Of a stretch of 64,000 nucleotides of DNA, positions 37,901 to 46,115 are shown piece by piece. Positions within the stretch are counted from its first letter, which is position 1, and the number at the start of each line of letters is the position of its first letter. The notes under the pieces are model-generated. The model was given only the letters and a program-made list of their open reading frames with translations. It did not search any database and was not told where the DNA came from. The position numbers and the translations under genes are program-made. This stretch comes from Planctomycetota bacterium (GTDB taxonomy: Bacteria; Planctomycetota; B15-G4; SIAN01), in NCBI GenBank assembly GCA_028289345.1, contig JANQQL010000005.1:291012-355011 (forward strand). The letters run 5' to 3'.

Positions 37901-38140
37901 TTGAAGTACATCAAGCATTGGGAGTTGCAGATCGCGGACCTTGACGAGGCAATGAAGGAAGTCGAGCAGACAAACTTGGACTCCATTCAGGAAGAGATCA
38001 ATCATTATCGGGAAATCCGGACGACCATTGCCGACCTCACAAATGTGCTTCGCGACATGAATAGCCTCACGACAGAGGATCACATCGACACCGAGTTCGA
38101 AGCACTTCTCAATGCGGTCGACTCGCGGTTACGAACCTGA
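34922..38140 (+). CDS. ROCO-type protein with C-terminal TIR domain: LRR - Roc (Ras-like GTPase) - COR - TIR
   Basis: At least 12 LRRs (LxxLxxLxLxxNxL, e.g. LTELRNLDLSFNDLVKLPNDIGRLTKLSSLVLESNNLERIPSSV). Roc G1 LLVVGEGGAGKTSLAKKV (about 36091-36123) and G3 WDFGGQEIY. COR (LSGYLHDLGIFLHFQDDPLLKRIVILQPKWGTDAVYRVLD). C-terminal TIR (VLLSYAWNGG...KCVVIVISKEYLESPNCMFELTEIAK; Glu codons at 37808-37810 and 37817-37819). GC about 43-55% versus about 65% in flanking regions. Confidence 0.85.
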   Translation: MDWIAKQIQSVRDGASTRLDLWDEELTELPNEVLSLHKLEYLRVRSGKLRTIPSELAKLPNLKSVDLFGNPIESLVDLPGLHLDVEPYLSCVSSISPENVHGLWLGPSPFISYSLLEKLANLRRLDLSRRDRFAYKTGLNKPGPLRKLFAWLKSANEILSRLETLEIAYAKLDRLPLVIRQLSQLKKLNLDGNPLHRFPNISRLRELFALRLSDTGIREVPDKLCRLTELRNLDLSFNDLVKLPNDIGRLTKLSSLVLESNNLERIPSSVRKLKKLTFLDLSDNPLAEFPREIFSLSNLRALNMTCGLDDSTCQRGTYPFVRTRPSQASFQEIPPRILELKQLEELRVSGQPIETPPPEVVDRGLEAIKDYWRQRGDSGTDYLCEAKLLVVGEGGAGKTSLAKKVKAPETNLDAEEESTEGIEVLEWTFPTALRVTENGQLKTVERDFRVHIWDFGGQEIYHATHQFFLTRRSLYALVADNRKEDTDFNYWLNIVELLSDGSPLVIVKNERQDRQRDIDEGSLHGRFRNLTQVVATNLKTNRGLDGVLQRFREELEKLSHVGTPLPATWKRVRDALEKDPRNYIELDEYLRICEVHGFTRLDDKLQLSGYLHDLGIFLHFQDDPLLKRIVILQPKWGTDAVYRVLDNDTVLRRHGRVSRNDLENIWDEEAYASMRDELLQLMMRFQLLYPLPSKNEFIAPQLLGSAQPEYPWPGTGNLVIRYRYEFMPKGLLTRLIVAVHDMIQSEGFVWKTGVLVERDGTRAEIVEHYSQRCIVVRIHGAFQQELAAVIDRELEQIHRSFPPLKYDTLVPCGCTLCSSSPDPHPHSYKTLRKFAWDGQPIQCPISYEMIEPRSILDHKFVRNRKLDIILDTIEGTLRPQQAEPAAAESREVLLSYAWNGGCDTLIEKLEKSFRERGIELIRDRSEMTYKDSIRGFMKRIGTGKCVVIVISKEYLESPNCMFELTEIAKHGEFRDRVFPIVLSDAKLFHPVSRLKYIKHWELQIADLDEAMKEVEQTNLDSIQEEINHYREIRTTIADLTNVLRDMNSLTTEDHIDTEFEALLNAVDSRLRT

Positions 38141-38147
38141 CATTCCT

Positions 38148-39452
38148 TTAGTTGTTCTGATTGTCGAACAAGAAGGCCGTCCCTTCTGCAACGCGCCGAA
38201 GCTGAGCATTCGACCAACTCACGTAGTCCACCAGACCACCACGCTTGTCCAGAAGTGACAGGTTGCCGCCGGAGTTGGGTAAGCGCAGCTTGCCGAGAGT
38301 GGAGCCCTTGAGCCGCAGAGCCCCCCCCGACTCGATCGATCCTTCAACCGTGACTTCCCGACCTTGGCCATCGATGAGCCGCCAGCCGGTGACCGACGTC
38401 TTGCGGTCTCCCCGGTTGTGCAGTGACACCCATTCCCCCGAGGCCTCGGTTCCCTTCGGGTTGATCATGGCGGAAATGATCACAATGCGCCGGGACGCAA
38501 GACCCTCCACTTCGGGTCGATCCTCCGCACTTTCGGTGATCACCGAGTTGCTGGGAACCACCGGAATTCGCTCTGGCAGCGAATGGGCGGTTCGTCGGTT
38601 CGCGGGTACGTTTCGATACAGCAGCGGATTCGCATCGTACAGGGCTTTGCCGAAGTGGATGCCCGTCAGATCCTGCAACTCGCTGATGGTCACCTGGTAG
38701 TTTTGATTGGTCTTGACCTGTTTTCCACCTTTCTTGTCCCGCAACACCTCCGCATCTTGAAAGATCGCAAAGGCCATGACCCCCAACGGCTCTCCCGCGG
38801 GCGCCTCTTTCCGAGCGTAGCAGATCACTTTGAAGAACCCCGACGGCACCCGCGCGGAGTCACTGTCCGAAAGGTTGATGTGTCGGTCCAAGTCTCCATA
38901 GATCGGCCCCGTGAACACCGACAGGCGGTCGTTTGCGTCATCCTTGAACTCCCGCACGATGTCCAGCTCCAATGCTTTCCACTCATCGCGGTTCAGGTTC
39001 TCGTGCTGAAGTGACGAGTTCGTATAGATGAATGTCGCCTTCCCCGCTTTGTCGGACTCGGTGTTGTCCACCCCCCACATGTTGTTGAAACGCATGACCA
39101 TGTGCCCACGGTCGTAGGGATTGGGAATCTTTGCTCCCGATGGGGTCTTTCGGTCCTTGTAGTAGTCATTGTCCAGCTGATGATGACGACCAACATTGGG
39201 ATCATTGCGCCAGCCTCGTTCCCCGTTGCCGGGTGGCTTGGGTTTGAAACGGGACTGATCGATGTTGTAAGCGGAATAGATCAGCTGCCGAGTGTGCTCA
39301 TTCATCAGCACGCTGAAATGCACGTGGTCGGAGTACCGCTCGTCTCTCAAGGAAGCGCTTTTCAGCACGGAGCGTCCGAGCGTGGCATTGACTGTTGGCA
39401 AAGGAACGCGCAGCCCTCCACCAATGAACTCCGGGTCATATCCAATTTGCAT
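38148..39452 (-). CDS. DNA/RNA non-specific endonuclease (Endonuclease_NS, DRGH motif) fused to a C-terminal lamin-tail domain (LTD)
   Basis: HFSVLMNEHTRQLIYSAYNID...; catalytic NPYDRGHMVMRFNN. C-terminus EWVSLHNRGDRKTSVTGWRLIDGQGREVTV...GGNLSLLDKRGGLVDYVSW has the LTD pattern. No signal peptide seen. Convergent with the ROCO-TIR gene, stop-to-stop gap of 7 nt. Confidence 0.8.
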   Translation of the reverse strand: MQIGYDPEFIGGGLRVPLPTVNATLGRSVLKSASLRDERYSDHVHFSVLMNEHTRQLIYSAYNIDQSRFKPKPPGNGERGWRNDPNVGRHHQLDNDYYKDRKTPSGAKIPNPYDRGHMVMRFNNMWGVDNTESDKAGKATFIYTNSSLQHENLNRDEWKALELDIVREFKDDANDRLSVFTGPIYGDLDRHINLSDSDSARVPSGFFKVICYARKEAPAGEPLGVMAFAIFQDAEVLRDKKGGKQVKTNQNYQVTISELQDLTGIHFGKALYDANPLLYRNVPANRRTAHSLPERIPVVPSNSVITESAEDRPEVEGLASRRIVIISAMINPKGTEASGEWVSLHNRGDRKTSVTGWRLIDGQGREVTVEGSIESGGALRLKGSTLGKLRLPNSGGNLSLLDKRGGLVDYVSWSNAQLRRVAEGTAFLFDNQNN

Positions 39453-39778
39453 GACATTCCCTCTCCAGAGGACATGGACTCGCCAGATCCTATCCCCTGC
39501 TCGATTGCAATCGTAGACTTCGCCTTGTCGAGGAGCCGCTCGTCAAGCCATCCGCAACTCATGGTCCTCGCGCCCCCCGACTTCGGCTCGCCCTTGAGTT
39601 CCGACTTGAGGTGACTGCCACCGATTGTAGGGACCCTTTCCGAGCACCCACGTGACGAAGGACATCCGCGTCCACCGTCTGATGGGGCAATGGCCGGAAT
39701 CGCTTTCTTGAGTCCCGATCTGTTGGACGAACTCGAGTACAATCTCCACCGCCCACCATCTTCCACGAAGGATCCCCG

Positions 39779-40912
39779 ATGACGCGTTGCGCTTGGCTGT
39801 TGTCTCTCATGCTCTTCCCGACTGGAGGTTGCCAGGTGTCGCCGGACGTCGAACCACAATGGCTGGGCTTTCGGGGCGGCCCGACTCACCCAGGACGGAG
39901 TGCGAATGCACAACCTCTGGACACGCCGCAGCTCGCGTGGGAGTTCGACACGGGGGGAACGGTCGAGTCCTCGCCGACCATTGTCGAGGGAATCCTCTAC
40001 TGCGGCACCTTTGCCGACCATCTCTTCGCGCTCGATGCGGAGCACGGAACCGAGCGCTGGCGTTTTCCCGTGAAGGGACTGGTGCGTGCTTCCCCTTCGG
40101 TCGCCCATGGCATGGTGTACTTCGGAGCCGATGACAACCGCTTCTACGCCCTCGATGCCCAGACCGGTGCTCTCCGTTGGTCAGTGGAGCTAGGAGGCGG
40201 CGGAGAACAGTCCTCCCCGGCTCTGGTCGATGGCATTTGCTACTTCGGAGCCTTCGATCACGCGGTGTATGCGGTCGACGCTCGCACCGGCGAGCTTCGT
40301 TGGAAGACCATGACAGGCGGGGAAATCCTCTCGTCGCCCGCAGTCGCCGATGGCTTGCTCGCCATTGGATCGCGGGATGGATCGATCTACGGCTTGGACA
40401 CCGCGACCGGGGCCGAACGATTCCGGTTCGTCACGAACGACACCGTCTGGTGTTCGCCGGCGATCGTGAGCGACTTGGTGGTGTGCGGTTCGGATGATGG
40501 CAATGTCTACGGCATCGATGCCCATTCAGGAGCGGAGCGATGGCGTTTTGCAACCGGGGGCACCGTGTTCTCGTCTCCGGCGATCTCCCCGGAGGACGAC
40601 ACGCTCTACATCGGCTCGGACGATCACCACGTCTACGCACTTTCCCTGGCCGATGGGCAGGAGCGCTGGCGCTGCGATCTGGAAGGCCGCGTGCTCGGCA
40701 CTCCCGCCATTGTCGGCAATCACGTCTATGTCGGGGGTGAAGGATCCGGCGGCCCGAAACCCGGAGCACTGTTCGCCATCGACCGGACGAATGGCTCCGT
40801 GGTCTGGCGCTACGAAGTGGGAGCCACGGTTTGGAGCTCTCCCACCGTCATCGGAGACTCCCTTTGGTTTGGCGCCCACGACGGCAAGATTCGCCGGCTC
40901 GTGAACAGGTGA
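39779..40912 (+). CDS. PQQ-like beta-propeller repeat lipoprotein (BamB-like fold)
   Basis: Leader MTRCAWLLSLMLFPTGGC; at least 7 repeats of the GxxYxGxxDxxxYALDAxTGxxRW type. Confidence 0.8.
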   Translation: MTRCAWLLSLMLFPTGGCQVSPDVEPQWLGFRGGPTHPGRSANAQPLDTPQLAWEFDTGGTVESSPTIVEGILYCGTFADHLFALDAEHGTERWRFPVKGLVRASPSVAHGMVYFGADDNRFYALDAQTGALRWSVELGGGGEQSSPALVDGICYFGAFDHAVYAVDARTGELRWKTMTGGEILSSPAVADGLLAIGSRDGSIYGLDTATGAERFRFVTNDTVWCSPAIVSDLVVCGSDDGNVYGIDAHSGAERWRFATGGTVFSSPAISPEDDTLYIGSDDHHVYALSLADGQERWRCDLEGRVLGTPAIVGNHVYVGGEGSGGPKPGALFAIDRTNGSVVWRYEVGATVWSSPTVIGDSLWFGAHDGKIRRLVNR

Positions 40913-41084
40913 CGAACTCGCCTCGACTCCTTCCTTGGAGTTCACGGCCCCTGTGTTCCGAACCGAAACTCCTTGGGTGCTTGTTGGGAATCCCCAAGAA
41001 CAGAGCTCTCACCCGAGATCCACGGACCGAGCCTCGCTGGAGCCGGGGAGCCGTCCCACCCATCACGAAGCCGGACATTTTCCT

Positions 41085-44000
41085 CTACGGTTGAACCACG
41101 GTGAGCGTCAAAGACGATGCTCCAAAACTGGCCTGCAGCTCTAACCCGCCACCCAAGACCAATCCGTTGTAGGTCGAGAAGTCTCCTGAGCGCGACCCGT
41201 AAGTCATGATTTCGAAACTGTCACCGAGCTGGGGCGAGAAACCGTTGATAAGCGTCACATTCAGCGTCCCGTCCAGGGTGACCGTACCGCCGACGACCAG
41301 AACATCGAAGTCTGTCCCGGCGGTCAATCCTCCAATCTCGACCTCCATCTGGGCGCTGGAGGATTGGCTGTAATCACCCGTGAACTCAAGCGTTCCCGGG
41401 GAAAGACCAATGTCCGTGGTCCCCTCGACGTCGCCGCTTCCGGTCACTACGCCAGCCCCCCGAAGGGTCCCGGATTGGATGTCGAGGACGAAACTCCCCA
41501 CATCAAAGTTGCCCCCGTTCAGGAACGTCGTGCCCGCGGTTTGGGTGTAGCCGCCCTGAAGCACCAGGGTGCCAGTTTGGACCTCGACGTCGCCGTCGTT
41601 GCGAAACACGACATTGCTCGGAAACACGGTGTCGCCACTGTCAACGGAACGAAGGAAAGTGCCCGAGTTGTTGAAGGTCGAGCTGCTCCCGGACGCGAAT
41701 CCGAAGTCCGCATCACTCTGCACGTCGAAGGTGGCCCCGGCCAGATTGTTGAACACGGAGCCGTTATTGAGGAACAGATCTCCCGAGCCGGTCATGGTGC
41801 TCGCTCCGGAGTTGTTGAGTGTGCGACCGGTCATGACCTTGTTTTGGCTTCCACCGATGGACAGGTTGCCCGAGGAGGGAATGGTCGTGGTCCCGACCTC
41901 GAGCATGAATCCCCCGTTCCAAATGACCGAGTTTTGGGCACTGATCTCTCCGGTTCCTAGGATGGATCCACCGCTTTGGGTGAGGGTGTTGGTGATGACG
42001 ATGCCATCGATGTCCGTCTCGCCCCCGACCACCTGGAATCCCTCCACGGTGAGATTCACTCCGGCTTCGATCTCGAAGGTCCCCCCAATGGTCCGCCAGT
42101 CACCCAAACCGGAAGCCGAGGTCCCCGGCTGCAAAGTTGCCACAGGATTGACCGAGTTGAACTCAATCGCTGCTCCGGAAGACACGTCGACCCCCCCGGT
42201 GTTGATCCCACCTCCGCGGAGACGGAAAGTGCCAGACTGGATCTCCAAGTTTCCATCGCTGTTGAAAACCAGACTCGCGTCCACTTCGGTCACGTCGGTC
42301 CCCCCGGACTTCCGCACTGTGCCGTCATTGTTGAACGTGGAGGGGGTGCCGGTGAAGAACTCCAGGTCAGCATCGGTCTGAACGTCGAAGGTGGCTCCCG
42401 CGAGATTGTTGAAGACCGCCCCATTGTCGATGAACAGAGAACCGTCTCCAGGAACAGCGACGGTCGCCGAGTTGTTGAACGTCCGTCCACCCCGCAGGAT
42501 CTTCGATCCGGACCCGCCCAAAGTCGCCGCAGACCCTGCGGGCACCGTGGTCGTGCCGGGACCACTCTGAGTTCCGCCGGTCCAGTTCATCGACGACGTC
42601 ACCCGCAGCTCGCCAGCTCCCGAAAGAGTGCCCAAGCTCTGTTCGAAGTTTTCTACATCGACCGGTGTCCCTGTCACGTCCAGGGTTCCGCCGATCAGTC
42701 GACCGTTGCCGTCCCCGCTGATGCTGCTCCCATTGGTCAGTGTGGACGTCCCCGCGGCAAACTCCATTGCGGTCCCGGAGTCGAGGGCGAACGACCCCGA
42801 GTTGCTGCCGCCACCTCGAATCTGAAGGCTCCCGGTTTGCACCTGCACCGTTCCGTCATTGTTAAAGGTGAGATTCACGTCGAAGGAATTGGTTCCCGCA
42901 CCTGCGGACTTGACGAAAGTCCCCGCGTTGTTGAAAGCTCCCGGGGCCCCGGTGAAATGCTCGAACGAGGCGTCGCTTTGGACGTCGAAGGAGGCTCCAG
43001 CCAAGTTGTTGAAGACCGCACCCGAAGAGATGAACAAGTCGCCGCTATCAGTCAGTGTCGCCGAGCCTCCGTGATTGATGGTTCGGCCGGAAGTCAAGTT
43101 CTTGGCTCCGGTGCCGCGGATGGTCAACGTGGCCCCCCCCGAAATGGAGGTCGTCCCGGGACCCGCTTGCTCGCCCCCGGTCCATTCCATGGAATCGTTG
43201 ACGATGAGATTGCCATCGCCCTGGAGTTTCCCTGAAGACTGACGGAACGTATCAACGACCGTACTGCCGTCGTCCGCAAGATTCCCGGCCTCGAGGATCA
43301 ACTGCGTGATCAACAAATCGACGCCACTCGAGACTTCCAAGGTCCCGGAATTCACCCGATACTCCCCGTCTCCGTTGCAGGTCGTGGAGGGGTTGAAGAC
43401 GTACGTCGGGTTCGCAGAAGCAAATTCAATCGCCGTCCCCGTGTCGGAAGTGAAGGACCCCGTGCTGGCCCCTCCTCCGGTGAAACGAAACGAGCCGGAC
43501 TGGACCTGCACCGTCCCATCGTTGTTGAACCTCAGGCCGGCGTCCACATTGGTCGTGTCCGCGCCCGCGGATTTCACCAAGGATCCGCGGTTGTCGAAGG
43601 TCGAGGGCGCCCCGGTGAAGAACTCGAGATCCGCATCGCCCTGAATGTCAAAGGTTGCCCCGGCCAGGTTGTTGAACACCGCTCCGTCGTCGATGAACAA
43701 GCTCCCGGAATCGCTCAGCGTCGTCGTTCCCGAGTTGTCCATGGTCCGCCCGCCTCGAAGAACCTTGGGGGAAGATCCGGAAACGAACAGGTCCGCATCA
43801 CTGCCGATCGTCGTCTTCCCGGACCCGTTTTGCATTCCTCCCGTCCAATTCATGCGATTGCTGATGAGCAGCTCGCCGTTGCCGGTTACGGTTCCCGTGG
43901 ACTGCGAGAAGCTCTCGAACGTGACCGGGTTCCCGGCCACATCCAAGGTGCCTCCGCTGAGCAGAGCCTCGCCGTCACCACTGACGCTTGCTCCGGTGTC

Positions 44001-45005
44001 GAGAATGGAAGTGCCCGAGGCGAAGTCCACCGACGATGAGGAGGAAATCGAAAACATCCCAGAAGAGGTTCCCCCTCCGATCAACTGCAGCGTTCCGCTC
44101 TGGACTTGGACGGTTCCGTCATTGTTGAACGCCAGGTTGACGTCGAACGAGGTATTCGTCCCGCTGGACTTGACGAAGTTCCCCTCGTTGTTGAACTCCC
44201 CAGGAACTCCCGTGAAGTGTTCAAATGCCGCGTCGGATTGCACGTCGAAGCTGGCTCCGGCGAGGTTGTTGAACGTGGCGCCCTCCGAGATGAAGAGAGA
44301 CCCGGTGTCCGTGAGGGTGGTCGAACCCCGGTTGTTCATGGTTCGGCCTCCGGTCAGGTTCTTCGCGGACGAGCTACTCATCTGAAGCGTGGCGGACTCC
44401 CCGATGTTGGTCCGTCCGTTTCCGGTTTGCTCTCCCCCGGTCCAGTTCGCTTGCACGGTGACCAACAAACGATTGCCGCCGGTCACGACCCCTCCGGATT
44501 GGGTGAAGTATTCGACATCGAGTTTCTTGTCAACCAGCAGAGTCCCTTGGGACACACACAGATTGCGGATGGTGGAGACACTCTTCTTGACTTCCAGCTC
44601 CCCCCCGGCGAGTTCGATCGTCTCCGTGCATAGGATCTTGCCCGGTTCCGCCGTGCCCGAAGAGAGAGTGACCGTGACGTCCGCACTGGAACGGTCAATG
44701 ATGACGGTTTGCCCCGGCAGCGGCGGCCCTCCCGTACTCCAATTGCTGCCGTCTTCCCAGATGCCGCTGGAGTTGCTGATCCAAATCGCATCGCCCGAAG
44801 GATCTGGCTCGATCCCGATTCGCGGTTTCTCGATCTGAGATCGGGCCGTGGAACTCCAAGCCAACACGAGAGCGAGCCCCAAGAACCGGGAAGCTCCCTC
44901 GGAGAGAAAACGCTTCAAGCCTCGACGCAACGCGATTGCCACTCTGACCATTTCGAAACCCTCATCCCTTTGCCCTCCGGTCCAGAGCCGTCCCGATGCC
45001 TTCAT
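41085..45005 (-). CDS. giant secreted beta-strand-repeat protein (autotransporter-associated / PATR-type repeats), 1306 aa
   Basis: Signal peptide; about 5 tandem units of about 210 aa, each containing NWTGG...GRT(M/I)N(N/H)xGxxTLTDSGxLFIxxGAVFNNLAGA(S/T)FDVQSDA...FNNDGTVQVQ(S/T)GxL. Confidence 0.8.
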   Translation of the reverse strand: MKASGRLWTGGQRDEGFEMVRVAIALRRGLKRFLSEGASRFLGLALVLAWSSTARSQIEKPRIGIEPDPSGDAIWISNSSGIWEDGSNWSTGGPPLPGQTVIIDRSSADVTVTLSSGTAEPGKILCTETIELAGGELEVKKSVSTIRNLCVSQGTLLVDKKLDVEYFTQSGGVVTGGNRLLVTVQANWTGGEQTGNGRTNIGESATLQMSSSSAKNLTGGRTMNNRGSTTLTDTGSLFISEGATFNNLAGASFDVQSDAAFEHFTGVPGEFNNEGNFVKSSGTNTSFDVNLAFNNDGTVQVQSGTLQLIGGGTSSGMFSISSSSSVDFASGTSILDTGASVSGDGEALLSGGTLDVAGNPVTFESFSQSTGTVTGNGELLISNRMNWTGGMQNGSGKTTIGSDADLFVSGSSPKVLRGGRTMDNSGTTTLSDSGSLFIDDGAVFNNLAGATFDIQGDADLEFFTGAPSTFDNRGSLVKSAGADTTNVDAGLRFNNDGTVQVQSGSFRFTGGGASTGSFTSDTGTAIEFASANPTYVFNPSTTCNGDGEYRVNSGTLEVSSGVDLLITQLILEAGNLADDGSTVVDTFRQSSGKLQGDGNLIVNDSMEWTGGEQAGPGTTSISGGATLTIRGTGAKNLTSGRTINHGGSATLTDSGDLFISSGAVFNNLAGASFDVQSDASFEHFTGAPGAFNNAGTFVKSAGAGTNSFDVNLTFNNDGTVQVQTGSLQIRGGGSNSGSFALDSGTAMEFAAGTSTLTNGSSISGDGNGRLIGGTLDVTGTPVDVENFEQSLGTLSGAGELRVTSSMNWTGGTQSGPGTTTVPAGSAATLGGSGSKILRGGRTFNNSATVAVPGDGSLFIDNGAVFNNLAGATFDVQTDADLEFFTGTPSTFNNDGTVRKSGGTDVTEVDASLVFNSDGNLEIQSGTFRLRGGGINTGGVDVSSGAAIEFNSVNPVATLQPGTSASGLGDWRTIGGTFEIEAGVNLTVEGFQVVGGETDIDGIVITNTLTQSGGSILGTGEISAQNSVIWNGGFMLEVGTTTIPSSGNLSIGGSQNKVMTGRTLNNSGASTMTGSGDLFLNNGSVFNNLAGATFDVQSDADFGFASGSSSTFNNSGTFLRSVDSGDTVFPSNVVFRNDGDVEVQTGTLVLQGGYTQTAGTTFLNGGNFDVGSFVLDIQSGTLRGAGVVTGSGDVEGTTDIGLSPGTLEFTGDYSQSSSAQMEVEIGGLTAGTDFDVLVVGGTVTLDGTLNVTLINGFSPQLGDSFEIMTYGSRSGDFSTYNGLVLGGGLELQASFGASSLTLTVVQP
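41405..44555 (-). repeat. intragenic tandem repeat array (about 5 x about 630 bp) inside the giant repeat protein gene
   Basis: Periodicity seen at the protein level (NWTGG at about aa 188, 400, 615, 830, 1050). DNA-level identity not computed. Confidence 0.6.
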
Positions 45006-45401
45006 TCATCAATGAGCGGACAGGCTCCATCGTCCGAAGGGAACTCGACCCAGCCCGGCACTTACGGACGTCCCGCGCCAATGGATTCCCGTTTCTGAGA
45101 AATCTCCGAGGAATGGACGAGAGCCCAAGGAGGGGTGGCAGCGGGTCGACCAGGGGATCTTCTTGGGAACTCAGACCGCCGGCGAATCAGAGACTTCAAC
45201 GACGAATGCCGGGGCGCAAAGAAACGATCGAGCGCCCAAGGCCCCTTGACCGCTTGTCTAGCAGGCCGGCGACAACGGCCTTGGATCGCCGATCGAGAGA
45301 GCTTTTCGCCTCCGTCAAGGAGTCGAACCCCAGGCGAATCCGTCGCTTCGACGAGGACGCAAGAAGACCCCATCGAGCGCCGGAGGACTGATTGACGGCT
45401 G

Positions 45402-46115
45402 CTAGGCCAGCTCGTCGGAAAGCGAGGAAACAAGGAACAGCAGGCACCCCTTGGTCGTGCTCTGGACTGGGTGATGGCTACCAGCCGCAGCTCGCTGATA
45501 GTCGCCCGCGTGCATCACTTCTTCTCCGACTCTCAGATCGCCTTCCAGCACGAAGCACTCTTCGGGGCCCCCGTGACGGTGGCGCGGATAGGAAGTGCCC
45601 GGCGCCATGCGCACCAGCATCGTGGTTTGGTCACGTTCTCGATCCACGAACAAGCGCCGCGTTTCGACCCCATCGATCCCCGTCGGCTCCCAAGATTGCT
45701 CGCCGCCGCGAACCAAGAACATGGGGTCGGACGCTTGGTCGCCACTCCACTGCTTCCAAACCTGGGGGTTCGGACCATTCTTCGCGCTCCCCAACTCGGG
45801 GCCGGAGCCCGCCGATTCCGACGTCTCCGAATCGGCAACCGACGGCTCCGAGGCCGCAATCTCTGCAAGGAGCCGCTCCTTGATGCGAGGCGGAACGTTG
45901 GTTTCTGGGGTCAGCTCGAGCAACGCCTGAGCCGCCGAGTCGAGCTCCGCGATCGCTTTCCGCATCGCCGAGTCTCCGGAGGCAAGGCGGCGTTCAACGT
46001 CTTGGGCTTGCTCCGGCGACAACCCGCCAGCGACGTACAAGGCTGCCAGCTCTTCGACATCCGGATGCTTTGGCTGGTCGTTCATTTCCCCGGACTCATT
46101 TCGAAGAGACTCCAT
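45402..46115 (-). CDS. anti-sigma factor, ChrR-like with C-terminal cupin domain
   Basis: N-terminal anti-sigma helix (LAALYVAGGLSPEQAQDVERRLASGDSAMRKAIAEL); C-terminal cupin (TTMLVRMAPGTSYPRHRHGGPEECFVLEGDLRVGEEV). The likely start is the internal MNDQ (46085), which removes the overlap with the sigma gene. Confidence 0.75.
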   Translation of the reverse strand: MESLRNESGEMNDQPKHPDVEELAALYVAGGLSPEQAQDVERRLASGDSAMRKAIAELDSAAQALLELTPETNVPPRIKERLLAEIAASEPSVADSETSESAGSGPELGSAKNGPNPQVWKQWSGDQASDPMFLVRGGEQSWEPTGIDGVETRRLFVDRERDQTTMLVRMAPGTSYPRHRHGGPEECFVLEGDLRVGEEVMHAGDYQRAAAGSHHPVQSTTKGCLLFLVSSLSDELA

